This document shows, one piece after another, positions 1-12,419 of a stretch of DNA of 64,000 bases. Location: contig CM082587.2 of assembly GCA_040954595.2 (NCBI GenBank), positions 10,979,403 through 11,043,402 of the forward strand, in the 5' to 3' direction. Numbering within the stretch: the stretch's first letter is position 1; each line of letters opens with the position of its first letter. The notes beneath the pieces are model-generated. The model did no database searches. It was not told the DNA's origin and saw only the letters and a list, made by a program, of their open reading frames with translations. The position numbers were made by a program, and so were the translations under genes. This stretch comes from Balanoglossus misakiensis. Its lineage: Eukaryota > Animalia > Hemichordata.

Positions 1-3000
1 GCAGGGGGTTTCTTTTACAGTGAAAACAAGAACCAGCACTTTCCCGGAAGTCAGTTCGCCAACTCCTTCCTTTTGTTAAAGGCATAAAATAAGTAAAGGC
101 TTAACTTTCTTATGATATTCGGATTTTGTGTTGACATAATTTGCATAAATTTATCAATAGATGGGTTGGTAAGAAATTGAGCAGGTAAGTATTTTACCCT
201 GATGGTATCGTATAACTTACATTGTAATAAAAAGTGGTATTCATTTTCTATGTACCCATCGTTACAAATACACAACCTGTCTTCACGTGGGGTGTTATTT
301 CGTCTACCTTGTTCAATATGAAGTGGATGGTTAGATAACCGAAAAGAAGTTAAGGTAGCTCTAAAAATAGGCTTCAGGGTGGTGAGGAGGTATGGTTCTA
401 TCAATAGAGTAGATTTAAAAAGTCTATATGATTGCAGCCTGTTGTAAGTACCAATTTCCACGTTCCAGTCTTGCAGTTCTATGTCTGTACAACGCTGTCT
501 AAATTCCGAAAGGAATTTTGTCTCGTTACCCACTCCCTGATTGTACCATGCCTCCGCAAACCCATATGAAAACAGGATAGATCTCACAGCTTTTGCCCAA
601 CATTCACAATTTCTTTCAGCCAGTTTACATTGCTCTTGGTACGCATGAAAAATATATCTCTTAGTATCAGCGTTTGTTAAACGTAACCAGAACTTTATCA
701 TTTTTGGAAGTCTTAGCGTTCTCATGCTAAATCTTCCCAACTCCCCTCTTACTGCAATATTGACAACTGGACCATGTTGGTGTAAGAGAAACTTACAAAA
801 CTTTAAATGAATTCTTTCAATATCAGGCGCTTGTATGTACCCCCACGCCTCTGAGCAGTAATTCAAAATGGGTGCTATTTTTATATCAAAAATCTTTAAA
901 CATGTTTTGATTGGAACATCTCCCAAAGCTTTGAGTCGGGAGGTAACAGAATATAAAGCTTTAGCAGCTTGATCCGCTAACACTTTTTGTGCCTTAGACC
1001 ATATACCACTGCATGAAAAAACAATACCCAAATACTTGAAATAAGTAACCACTTTGACAGGCTGGCCCCGGAAAAACCATTTTTCATTGTTACGTAAGCG
1101 TCCACCCCTTCTAAAAACAACAATATTTGTTTTTTCAAGATTCACAGTGAGCTTATATTTTACACAATAACAGTCTAGCTCGTTAAGTAATCTCTGCAAT
1201 TTGATTTTTGTTTCAGCAATCAAAACCATGTCATCTGCAAATAAGAGATAGAAAATTTGAACCAAGCCCACAGAACAACCACTCACCCAAGTATTCTCAG
1301 TAAATTCTTTATGTAAATCGTTTAGAAAAAAGGAGAAAAGAAATGGGGAGAGTATGCAACCCTGTCTGACCCCGTGTGGACAATTGAAAAACTCTGTAAG
1401 CCCCTCCATACCGAGAACACAAGTTTTCACGTCAGAGTAAATGGCATGCAACATTTTAAACATTTTGCCCTTAAGTCCCGCTTCCCGTAACTTTAGGAAA
1501 AGAGCTGTTCTGTGCACCCGGTCAAATGCCTTCTCGAAGTCTACAAAGGCGCAATACAATCTACCTTGTCTCCGACTTAAATATTTTTGGACAAGTGTTC
1601 GTAAAATGAAAATATTGTCTGCAGTAGTATATCCTTTACGGAAACCTGCTTGTTCTTCTCTGAACTCTACACAATTGTCTTGCCAAAGTTGCAACCTGTT
1701 GTACAAAATTCTTGTAAAAATTTTACTTATCACAGGTAAGAGTGTAATCCCTCTGTAATTGTTTGGGCTCTGTTTGTCACCCTTCTTGAAAATTGGTACG
1801 ATGATACCTTCAGCCCAAATCAAGGGAAAATTACTCGAATTGAAAACAGCATTAAAAAGCTCACGTAACATGGGAATTAGTACAGACCTACATGACTTGA
1901 AAAACAATGGTGGGATTCCGTCTATTCCAGGTGATTTGTCATTTTTTAAGCAATTGATACTACCAACAATTTCGTCGTCAGTGATCGGCTGGTCTAAAAT
2001 CTCAGAGACAGTTTCGTTCACCTCTGAGGTCTCGGAATTCCTGAGTATGTCAATGGCGTCATGCATGTATGTCAACAAATCTCTATATTGATCTTGTTCC
2101 TGGCTATCCTGAGGGTTGTAAAGATTCTGAAAATAGTTATACCACACCTCGTTGTTAATGCTCGGTGATGTGCGAGTTTTTGTATTTTTGAAAAAAGACC
2201 AAAACTTCTTTGAATCCTTTTCTCTTAGTGCTAAATCTATTCTTTGGAGTCTATCTACCTTAAACTTATATTTCTTTTCTTTAATTAAGTGACGGTACTC
2301 TTTTTTCTTTTGTCTGTAATGCTCCAAATCGACCGCATTCTTGTTTTTCCTGTAAGTATTCAATGACTTGTAAACTGAATTTCGAGCGGTCTGGCACTCT
2401 CTGTCAAACCAAGTATTTGTATTCCAGACACGACGCTTTGAACCAGTCGTTTGAGGCTTGGCGACTTTGTAAAATAACTGATTAAACTTAGTTGCCAAGC
2501 CGTTTATATCTACTGCAGAAGTGAGGAGATCTGTAAATTCTGCAATAAGAGCTTCCAGAGAATTTTCCGAAAAAACATTTACAAAGTCGGCAGTATCGAT
2601 ACGATACTTAATGAATGGTTTTGAAGGTGGTAAATGGTGGGAGGCACTATCATTTCTCCCATCACTTGTACAATTTTGAATGGGGAGTGAAAAAGAAAAG
2701 AGTATTGGGAAATGGTCAGACTCGAATCTATTACCAACTTTAAAATACAAAATATTGGAAAGAAATTCTCTACTAACTATCAGATAATCGATAGTACTTC
2801 TACCAGAGCCACTGAGAAATGTATATTCTCCATTACTGTCATCACATGTACGACCATTTACAATGCTGAGGGAAACTGTTTTACACAAATTGATAAGATT
2901 TTCCCCATATTTATTTGTCACGCTGTCACAATTTCTACGAGACCTGGTCTGCGTATCTTCCATATAGTCCAGGTCGTCAATAGGCAAATGATTAACGCTA

Positions 3001-3575
3001 TCGTGTACAATAAAGTCTTCTAGTTGACCCGTACGGGCATTGAAATCTCCGCAGAGAATGATTTGACAGTTTTGGTACGCGCAACGAAAGTCAGCTATTC
3101 TTTCTTCAATGTAGTCAAAAATACCCTCATTTGCATACTCCGATGATCCTTGTGGGGTGACATACACTAGACCAATTATCCACGTGCTTTCATTTTCTGT
3201 AGGACAGAATTTCAGCCACATGACATCTTCATTGTCACTATGTAAATGTGTTACAAATTTACAATGCTCATTCCTGATAAAAATAGCCACGCCACCTGAG
3301 GGTCTTCCCCTTGTTGATTTAGGTGTACGAATAGAAGAGAAGCTATTATAGCCATCCAAGTTGAACACCTGGTTCTTGGTAGCCCAAGTCTCTGTAAAAC
3401 CAATGATGTCATACTCACTAATGTAATCGATGAAATCTCTTGTCGCCCATTTGGATTTGAGTCCCCTGATATTCCAAACAATGAAATTCATGTTCAATCT
3501 TTGTCTTGTATCTTGCCTTTTTGTTTGCTGTAGGTTTGGGCCTTGGCCGCATTGCTAGTCCGTGCTGCTGTTGTG
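1..3575 (-). mobile_element. 5'-truncated LINE inside an intron of the host gene
   Basis: ORF2 is intact but only ~80 nt of GC-richer leader lies upstream, with no ORF1. The 3' UTR runs off the window. Boundary approximate. Confidence 0.7.
51..3497 (-). CDS. Non-LTR retrotransposon (LINE) ORF2: AP endonuclease, reverse transcriptase and C-terminal Cys/His motif (RTEX/L2-group-like)
   Basis: 1148-aa uninterrupted ORF. APE motifs WNIRGL, FTETW, GDFNA, IDY, SDHFPI. RT motifs KSPGIDG, NYRGITLL, QAGFR, FVDFEKAFD, GVRQGCILSP, LFADD, YLG. C-terminal RLCIC..ENEYHFLLQC. First ATG is two codons downstream of the TTG start. Confidence 0.95.
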   Translation of the reverse strand: MNMNFIVWNIRGLKSKWATRDFIDYISEYDIIGFTETWATKNQVFNLDGYNSFSSIRTPKSTRGRPSGGVAIFIRNEHCKFVTHLHSDNEDVMWLKFCPTENESTWIIGLVYVTPQGSSEYANEGIFDYIEERIADFRCAYQNCQIILCGDFNARTGQLEDFIVHDSVNHLPIDDLDYMEDTQTRSRRNCDSVTNKYGENLINLCKTVSLSIVNGRTCDDSNGEYTFLSGSGRSTIDYLIVSREFLSNILYFKVGNRFESDHFPILFSFSLPIQNCTSDGRNDSASHHLPPSKPFIKYRIDTADFVNVFSENSLEALIAEFTDLLTSAVDINGLATKFNQLFYKVAKPQTTGSKRRVWNTNTWFDRECQTARNSVYKSLNTYRKNKNAVDLEHYRQKKKEYRHLIKEKKYKFKVDRLQRIDLALREKDSKKFWSFFKNTKTRTSPSINNEVWYNYFQNLYNPQDSQEQDQYRDLLTYMHDAIDILRNSETSEVNETVSEILDQPITDDEIVGSINCLKNDKSPGIDGIPPLFFKSCRSVLIPMLRELFNAVFNSSNFPLIWAEGIIVPIFKKGDKQSPNNYRGITLLPVISKIFTRILYNRLQLWQDNCVEFREEQAGFRKGYTTADNIFILRTLVQKYLSRRQGRLYCAFVDFEKAFDRVHRTALFLKLREAGLKGKMFKMLHAIYSDVKTCVLGMEGLTEFFNCPHGVRQGCILSPFLFSFFLNDLHKEFTENTWVSGCSVGLVQIFYLLFADDMVLIAETKIKLQRLLNELDCYCVKYKLTVNLEKTNIVVFRRGGRLRNNEKWFFRGQPVKVVTYFKYLGIVFSCSGIWSKAQKVLADQAAKALYSVTSRLKALGDVPIKTCLKIFDIKIAPILNYCSEAWGYIQAPDIERIHLKFCKFLLHQHGPVVNIAVRGELGRFSMRTLRLPKMIKFWLRLTNADTKRYIFHAYQEQCKLAERNCECWAKAVRSILFSYGFAEAWYNQGVGNETKFLSEFRQRCTDIELQDWNVEIGTYNRLQSYRLFKSTLLIEPYLLTTLKPIFRATLTSFRLSNHPLHIEQGRRNNTPREDRLCICNDGYIENEYHFLLQCKLYDTIRVKYLPAQFLTNPSIDKFMQIMSTQNPNIIRKLSLYLFYAFNKRKELAN

Positions 3576-3849
3576 TGGTAATATGGTAATAGTATCAGCA
3601 ATTGAGGCTTTAATACTTGGAAGCAAGATCATCTGTCGCACATAGGATGTGCTAGCCATATATGAGTAACGGCCACAAGAATAAACTGTACCAGTATGCT
3701 TCATACTGACCATAATCTTAGGAAAGTTGTCTCAGCTTGTTGGTTTCTGTTTAGATCAACTCCCCACCCCACCCCGATAAAAAAAACTTAGTTAGTGTGA
3801 ATGTTATATATTATCTATAATCAGAAATGATATTTTATAGGAAACTTAC

Positions 3850-3990
3850 CCATTGTGTAGGTTTGTGTCACATTGGCAATGGCGACATCATCTGTAAATA
3901 TAGGCTCCTGCCATACTCCTGTTGTCAAGCTATTAGGACTAATTATACGGGTCGTATTGGGACAGTAAATGACTTCAGGAGCGTGTTTAT
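3850..3990 (-). CDS. Host gene exon encoding the N-terminal half of a HYR domain
   Basis: Acceptor ttttttttcttcag and donor gtaagt. Translates (D)KHAPEVIYCPNTTRIISPNSLTTGVWQEPIFTDDVAIANVTQTYTM(G), matching the HYR pattern D..P....CP...W.EP..TD. Phase 1 matches the upstream exon. Confidence 0.85.
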
Positions 3991-4287
3991 CTGAAGAAAA
4001 AAAAGTGAAAGAATAACAAATGTTTGTAAATTAAACAACTGGTCCACACCCCCTATGCATACACTGGTACATTTAGGTAAATGCACTACTAGATGTTAAT
4101 ATCTGTCACATATTCAGAAATCCAGATATTGTTAAGTGCTTGTTTTCTGATACATGTGAATAGACTAGATCACTGTCAAGAAACACTACAAGATAGGACA
4201 GGAGTCATGAGATGGTATCCATAGGCATAATAACTGATATGATCAATTACACTCATGATAAGCCTAGTTCTTGGAACAGCAGAAACT

Positions 4288-4380
4288 GATGATGATGATG
4301 GTGATGATGATGACGATGATGATGATGATGGTGGTGGTGGTGGTGGTGATGATGATTATGATGATGATGATGGTGATGTT
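4288..4380. repeat. Compound (GAT)n/(GGT)n microsatellite
   Basis: Directly visible trinucleotide runs in the intron. Confidence 0.95.
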
Positions 4381-4725
4381 GGTTGTGAATAGTATCATTA
4401 CATTCAGTGTTAAATACATGTACGGTAGAAACAAAAAGAGTGAGCGATACAGGCATGGGCAGATGATGATTCCCTATACTTCCTAAAGTAGGGAGATTGC
4501 AGGCTGTGTGATTGGAGTACAACACACAACAGCTAGGGGCTGGTGAATGTACACAGGAAAAACTACTCAAAATTTCACACAGTTTTCCCTGGACAGACAC
4601 AACATTACAAGGAGAGCTGTGTTAAAGTAAGGATTTAGGATTAATCAACTCTGTGAATATGACCCAATTTCTCCTCATCAGATTATGCATAAAATTGTTT
4701 GATAGTAATGAATAAGGCTATTTAC

Positions 4726-5009
4726 CAACAGGTGTGCATGGTGAACCAGAGTAACCAATTGGGCACCTGGTACTTCCACAAGCTGATGGCTGGATTTTGA
4801 CCACACTTCCCAATAACTCTTGATCCATTTCAACCCACATGACATGATTGCCAAGTGGACTTTGTGAACAGTTCAAAGCCAGACTCTGGATTTCAACAGG
4901 AGTCAATACATAATCGTATACATTCATCTGTGTAACATCACCATGGAAGCTAAAATAGTTGTCAAGGAGTCCATTTTCGTCATAGCTTTGACCAAGAATT
5001 ACCATACAG
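4726..5009 (-). CDS. Host gene exon: pentraxin/LamG C-terminal half plus short EGF-like segment (SVEP1-like architecture)
   Basis: Acceptor gtttttcaacag and donor gtaaat. Translates CMVILGQSYD..SFHGDVTQMNVYDYVLTPVEIQSLALNCS..GNHVMW (pentraxin), then CPIGYSGSPC (EGF-like). Confidence 0.9.
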
Positions 5010-5412
5010 CTGTTGAAAAACAAGAGAATAATGAATTCATTAAAAGTGCTGGTAAGAAGTTGTCAAAAATAAACTGTGAAAATCAGTATCGTTCCGCATA
5101 AGTTTGAATTTGAAAGTGCCACGAAGATAGCTTTGCTGATGTCCATAGTTAGCTCCCTTGATTTTTTTGGCCAGTTTTGTTGTAAGTCGCAACATGTTAT
5201 GATGATATTGTATCGTCATGTAGGAGTAAGACAAGCTACCTAGCAGATAAGTTATAAACAAGATAACTGCTTCACAAATAAATGGTTCACTTCTCTTGAG
5301 GCTTGGGAAAACTTGACAGTATAGAAAAATATAGAATATTAACATGTGATGATGACAATTTTCTATGGCTTTGTAGGAGTTAAAAATGTTCGGAGTTCTA
5401 CTAGCAACTTAC

Positions 5413-5613
5413 TTTTCTGAGTTAGCGATACCTGTCCAGGATGGAAGGGGTGATGTTACTGCAACACCATTCAAGTAAACTGCCACAATGCCTTCTTCAA
5501 TTACCATGACAACATTATGCCACGAGTTGTCATCAACTGATACGGTTACACCATTTGTACTGACAGATAGACTTCTGTCCAGGACAAGAAGGGTACTATC
5601 AACTTGGGTTAAG
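5413..5613 (-). CDS. Host gene exon: middle of the pentraxin/LamG domain
   Basis: Acceptor tttcttggcag and donor gtaagt. Translates ..VSVDDNSWHNVVMVIEEGIVAVYLNG (D..WH...Y.NG motif). Phase 2 joins the 4726-5009 exon in frame. Confidence 0.85.
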
Positions 5614-5850
5614 CTGCCAAGAAATTCAAAACAGAGATTAGACATAAATCGGTGCATCAGCTGGTACTTTTGGGAAATTATCACACTTTTTTCAAACTGC
5701 ACCACCTTTAGCCCATACAGAAGTATGCACTGAACTATGTACAAGTATTATGAACCCTAAGTATGAGTGCATATGCAAGTTTAAACCAGACAAATAATAA
5801 ATCTTCGCCGCAAAGGAATATGGTCGCCACCGTGAGAAAATGCAAAATAC

Positions 5851-8800
5851 AATTAAAGCTGCAAGCAGCGTTGGCGGGGCACAAGCGGTTCCCATGGTAA
5901 CAAGCAAATGCCAAGGCTGTATCTGCTGTGGATACCAAGATATTGGAAAGTAGGTCAAAGGTCACCTGAGGTCACCCCAAATTTGGGCAAAAAAATCGGA
6001 CCCCATACTAGTCTAGGTCCAACAAAAACCAAACACCTAGCTCTATTGGTTCGCCTAGAATTAGGTATGCGCATAATTAATGAGGTCTTGTGTAAGACTC
6101 CATATCTGCTCCATCGGCCCTCCAAAAGCCAGGACTCTAACTGCTGTGGATGCTGAGATATGGGAAATTAGATCAAAGGTCATCCAAGGTCACCCAAAAT
6201 TTGGGCATAAAATTTTGACCCCGGAGTGGGCCATGTCCAACTAAAACCAGACCTCTAGCCCTATTGGTTAGCCTGGAATTAGATATGCAGAAAAATGATG
6301 TTTCAGAAATAGGTCAAGGGTCATTGCCAAAATTACCAAAATAGTTGTGTCATGTCCTGGCAGCATTGGTACCCATGTCCACAAAATTCATGACTGTGGT
6401 GCTTTTACAATAGGAGGTATGGGGAATATGCATATATAATTAGTTGTTTTAAAACTGGGTCAAAGGTCATGTCAAAATTGCCCCGAAAAATTGTAACAAC
6501 TTCCGGTCATATGATGACTCATATCCAAAACAAGAATTTACGTGCTGTCAACATTTTTCAATGGTTTTCCGAAAATTTAACATGGCCGCCATAATGATCG
6601 ACCAATCACAGTGCGCTTCGCAAACTTGATAAACATAGGTTAGGTGACCACATACCCCGAATCCCGTGAATCGGCAATCGCTGGTTCTGGAGAAGAAGAT
6701 TTTTAAAGTTTTAAGTAGTTTTTCAGAAAAACAATTGTAGCAAAAAAACTTTATGTGTGACGTCATGATTTCAATGGGGTAAAATGATGGACAGAAGGTA
6801 GGCTACCTGCACACCAAATTTGAGAAGGACTCGTTTAACGATTTTCAGGAAATCTAATATGGCCGCCAGGTCACGTGACTAATTAAATATTCACGAGCCA
6901 CTGCACGTCTACTCATTGGCCCCTATCACCCTACCAAGTTTAGCCCCCTAGGTGCAGCGGTTTTCCAGATCTACCTGGCCGAATTTCTCGGAAGAAGAAG
7001 AAGAAGAAGAATTAAAGCTGCAAGCAGCATTGTCCGGGCCCAAGCTCTATTATCTGATCTGCACATAATTAATGAGTAGAAACATAATGCTGTGTTTTAT
7101 CCCATGACATATCAAGGTTATATCTATGTTTGGTGCTGATATTGTGTTAAGTAGGTCAAAGGTCATCTGAGGTCACCCAAAATTTGGGCAGAAAATTTTG
7201 ACCCATAGTGGTGCATGTCCAACAAAAACCAGACCTCTAGCCCTTTTGGTTAGCCCGGAATTAGGTATGCACATAAATAATGAGTTAAGCAGGTGTCATA
7301 GGTGACCCAAAACTTTGGCTTTTCATTATGGCCCCATACCTCCAAACGCCAAGGCTGTATCTGCTGTGGATGTCGAGATATGCAAAAGTAGGTCAAAGGT
7401 CATCTGAGGTCACCCAAAATTTGGGCAGAAAATTTTGACCCATAGTGGTCCATGTCCAACAAAAACCAGACCTCTAGCCCTTTTGGTTAGCCCAGAATTA
7501 GGTATGCACATAATAATGAGTTAAGCAGGTGTCACAGGTGAGCCAAAACTTTGGCTTTTCATTATGGCCCCATACCTCCAAACGCCAAGGCTGTATCTGC
7601 GGTGGATGTCAAGTTATGCAAAAGTAGGTCAAAGGTCACCCGAGGTCACCCAACATTTGGGCAAAATATTTTGACCCCATACTGGTCCATGTATAACAAA
7701 AACAAAACCTCTAGCCCTTTTGGTTAGCCCAGAATTAGGTATGCACATAAATAATGAGTCAAGCAGGTGTCACAGGTCACCCAAAACTTTGTCTTTTCCG
7801 TATGGCCCCATACATGTACCTCCAAACGCCAAGGCTGTATCTGCTGTGGATGTCGAGATATGCAAAAGTAGGTCAAAGGTCACCCGAGGTCACCAATTAT
7901 TTGGGCAAAATATTTTGACCCCATACTGGTCCATGTATAACATAAACAAAACCTCTAGGTCTATTGGTTCATCTGTAATTAGATATGTGCATATTTAATG
8001 AGGTCAGCAGAGGTCATGAAAAGTAGCAACATTTTTTGATCACATACAAATCCACATACATCAAACACCAAACTTATAGCCCTATTGGTTAGAGTGGAAT
8101 TAGATATGCAGAAAAATGATGCGTCAAAGGTAGGTCAAAGGTCATTGCCAAAATTACAAAAATATTTATAGCTTATTCTTGTCATATGATGATTCATATC
8201 CATAAAAAGAATTTCTGTGCTAACAATTTTTAGGCTAGAAAGGCAATTTTTACTTTTTAATCGTTTTTCACAAAATCCAATATGGCCGCCATAATCTTCG
8301 ACCAATCACATTCTTCTTAGCAAACTTAATAGACATCTGTTTAATGACCACACACACCAAATCTTGTGACTCGGTTATCGCCGGTTCTTGAGAAGAAGAT
8401 TTTTGAAATTTTACTAGGGTTTTTCGAAAATCCAATATGGCCGCCAAAATCTTCGACCAATCACAATGATCTTCGCAAACTTGATAGACATCAGTTAGGT
8501 GACCACATACACCAAACCCTGTGTCTCGGTTATCACCGGTTCTGGAGAAGAAGATTTTTGAAATTTAAGCCAGATTTCAGAAAAAAAATTGTAGCAAAAA
8601 ACTGCAACTTTGTCAGCATAATTTTCAATTACAAAAATGATGGGCAGTAGGTAGTCTACCAACATGCCAAATTTGAAGTCGATCTGACTTGTAGTTTCTG
8701 AGATCTGAGATTTGCATTTTTTCAGAAAATCCAAGATGGCCGCCAGGTCACGTGACTAATTAAAAATTCAAGGGTTCAATGCACGACTACTCATTGACCT

Positions 8801-10864
8801 TGACCACTGTAGCAAGTTTCAGAAGTGTACCTGCAGCGGTGTCTGAGATCTCGTGGGTCAAAGAATTGACACAAGAATAAAGAAAGAAAGAATTAAAGCT
8901 GCGAGCAGCATTGTCGGGCCCAAGCGCTGATCTTGATTTATATATGCACAGTATGAATAAGAAGAAACAGAATTTTCTATCGGCTGTATTATCTCATGAC
9001 ATAACAAGGATGTGTGTATTTTTGCTGCTGAAATAGGGTAAAGTAGGTCAAAGGTCACCTGAGGTCACCGAACATTTGGGCAAAATTTTTTGACCCATAT
9101 TGGTCTATGTCCAACAAAAACCAAAACTCTAGCTCTATTGGTTCGCCTGTTATTAGGTATGTGCATATTTAATGAGGTCAGCAGGTGTCACAGGTGACCG
9201 AAAAATTTGGTTATACATTTAGATCCCATCCTGCCAAATGCCAAGGCTGTATCTGCTCTGGATGTTGAGATATGCGAAAGTAGGTCAAAGGTCACCAAAG
9301 GTCACCAGACATTCGGGCAAAAAAATTTGACCCCATACTGGTCCATGTTCAACAAAAACCAAACCTCTACCTCTATTGGTTCGCCTGTAATTAGCTATGT
9401 ACATAATTAATGAGGTCAACAGGTGTCACAGGTGACCCAAAAATGTGGCTTTATATTTTGGTACCATCCTGCCAAATGCCAAGGCTGTATCTGCTCTGGA
9501 TGCTGAGATATGCGAAAGTAGGTCAAAGGTCACCAGAGGTCACCCAATATTTGGGCAAACCATTTTGATCCCATACTGTTCCATGTCCAACAAAAACCAA
9601 ACCTCTAGCTCTATTGGTTCGCCTGTAATTAGCTATGCACATTATAAATGAGGTCAGCAGAGGTCAAAGGGGTCATGAAAAGTAGCAAAATATTTTGATC
9701 ACACACTAATCCACATTCATCAAAAACCAAACGTCTAGCCCTACAGGTTAGCCTGGAATTAGATATGCAGAAATAATAACGCGTGATAAGTAGGTCAAAG
9801 GTCATGTGAAAAATCGCCAAAAAATTGTAGCACATTTTAGTCACATGACGATTGATATCCATAAAAAGAATTTGTATGCTATCAATTTTTAGACTAGAAA
9901 AAGGAATTTCAATTTTTCACTGCTTTTTACAAAATCCAATATGGCCGCCATAATCTTCGACCAATCACAATGCTCTTTGCAAACTTGATAGACATCAGTG
10001 TAGTGACCATACTCCCCGAATCTTGCGACTCAGTCATCGCCCGTTCTGGAGAAGAAGATTTTTGCAGTTTAACTATGGTTTTTCGAAAATCCAATATGGC
10101 CGCCATAATCTTCGACCAATCACAATGATCTTCGCAAACTTGATAGACATCAGTTAGGTGACCACATACCCCAAACCCCGTGTCTCAGTTATCACCGGTT
10201 CTGGAGAAGAAGATTTTTGAAATTTAAGCCAGATTTCAGAAAAAAAATTGTAGCAAAAAAACTGCAACATTGACAGCAAAATTTCCAATTACAAAAATGA
10301 TGGGTAGAAGGTAGTCTACCTGCATGCCAAATTTGAAGTCGATCTGACCTGGAATTAGATATGCTAAAATAATAACGCGTGATAAGTAGGTCAAAGGTCA
10401 TGTGAAAAATCTCCAAAAAATTGTAACATATTTTAGTCACATGACGATTGATATCCAATAAAAGAATTTGTGTGCTATCAATTTTTAGACTAGAAAAAGG
10501 AATTTCAATTTTTCACTGCTTTTTACAAAATCCAATATGGCCGCCATAATCTTCGACCAATCACAATGCTCTTTACAAACTTGATAGACATCAGTGTAGT
10601 GACCATACTCCCCGAATCTTGCGACTCAGTCATCGACCGTTCTGGAGAATAAGATTTTTGGAGTTTAACTATGGTTTTTCGAAAATCCAATATGGCTGCC
10701 ATAATCTTCGACCAATCGCAATGTTCTTGGCAAACTTGGAAAAAATTGTGGCAAAAAAACTGGAACTTTGACAGCATAATGTCCAATTGCAAAAATGATG
10801 GGCAGAAGGTAGACTAGCTGCACGCCAAATTTGAAGTCAGATTGACTTCAAATTTGGCGTGCAG
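5851..10864 (+). mobile_element. Left array of non-autonomous Helentron-derived (DINE/HINE-like) units
   Basis: Units start with ATTAAAGCTGC(A/G)AGCAGC at ~5852, 7011 and 8892. The last two carry the subterminal motif GGGCCCAAGC. Internal ~240-bp subrepeats (aggtcaaaggtcacc..ggtccatgtccaacaaaaacc). Units are joined at (AAG)n/(AAAG)n tracts. Confidence 0.75.
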
Positions 10865-12393
10865 GTAGTTCAGGGCGAAATACAAAGTTAGAATGGACAC
10901 ATTATGTGATTGGTTAATTAGTCACTAGTGATGTGTGGATTGGTTGTAAATAGTTGAAAATTTTCATCTGAATCAGTGAAAGTTTTGACAGAGGTATTTG
11001 TTTGGCTATAAACATATCTTTATTTAAGTGAACAGATCTTTATATTACATTCGTTAACTGTGAAGAGGATTCAACAGGTATAGATATATTGAGCTCTATA
11101 AACGGAGTGTTAACCCAACACGTCTATGGGGTATGAATCTGAAAGCAACTTCATCCTACGCACTTGAATCCGAAAACGAATCTGACTCCAGCAGAGGCGT
11201 TGAGCAGAATCCGGTGAGTAACACGTATACAATCACATGTAGTTTTTAAATGTGGTACGAATGAGAGAATCGGTGGTTTGAACGTATAATACTTGGTGGT
11301 GTTGGTTATGAAGTTGTTTTTTAACCAATGGTAGTGTGATTTTGTTTGTTTGTGAGACGATGGCAGTTTTGTAAGATGTTTTGTATTTTCGTCTCGAGCG
11401 AATTCCAATATGGCGGCTATCGTAACATGTGGAGATTGCTTATTGTATATATAGAATCCATGGTACCGTAAGCATGCATGTTTTGGCAAATTTTATATTT
11501 GTTGAGATGGTGGAGTTTGCTGGATTAAATAGAACAAATAGAGGCTGGGTAAATCAGAGTTTCTAGTGCGTTCCATTCAAGTTGAAATTACGAGATAAGC
11601 TTATTTTTGCAGTCAATGTACCAATGATTATTTAGACTGGAAAGGGTTTAGGCAAGCGAATCTCGTGACCAGAAGTGCTGAATTCGGGCGGTCGGTGTGT
11701 CATGCGTATGTTACGTACAAGCGTTGGTGAAATATTATTTCTGAGATGTGTATTTGTAAAAAAAAATGTACTGTGTGGTATTTATGGATTGGCTTTTCCA
11801 AATACGTAAATACTGCATTTATTTCTGTGAATATTGTATGTTTATGTGATCAAAAGCCCAGGGGTTATCATTGTAATTTTTATCAGTTAAATCGATTTGT
11901 TTTTGATAATTGAAAGGAATTTTGCTTCAAATATTGAACGATCTGTGTGAATACAAAACAGAAACATTGCTGGATTATTCGACGTTTTAGTTGTTTGTAA
12001 AAATGTGGGGACAAGCGGAGAAATGGCCAAATATTTTTGGTGACCACTGTCTTTAGTGTGTATGCTTTCTGGTGGTGACAGGTGTGCCAAAACATAGACA
12101 ATGGAATCTGGCAGGAGCATGAAAAGAACAGTTGACTTGTTAACATATTTTGATGCCATGAAACCATGTTGTGGGCAAGACCATTTACGTTATCAATCTA
12201 TGGTAACCTGTATGTGCCATTTGTATGGAAACTGTGATCAAGATATGAATTTCTGAATATAACAAGCTTGGCAGTGAATTCATTGTTAATTGTTATCCTG
12301 TTTGTAGGCAATTGTATATTTTCATGTACTAGTTTAAATATAAATTTATAGTTAATTAGTTAATTAAACAGTTTTTTTTTATTTTCTTGACAG

Positions 12394-12419
12394 ATTTTGG
12401 CTACCAAAGAGTTTTCAAG
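12394..12419 (+). other. Putative 26-nt non-coding 5' exon of the Helentron transcript
   Basis: Strong polypyrimidine acceptor ttttttttattttcttgacag and donor aag|gtaagt. A matching acceptor tttgttgcag|ATG lies at 14913, with branch-like cctaac at 14882. Confidence 0.55.

Noticed and set aside
4253-4600. Poly-His or poly-Met protein ORFs
   Set aside because: Translation of an intronic trinucleotide microsatellite.
5900-10800. Many 60-140 aa ORFs here and at 26100-33700
   Set aside because: They recur with the DNA repeats, have inconsistent frames between copies and show no domain motifs.
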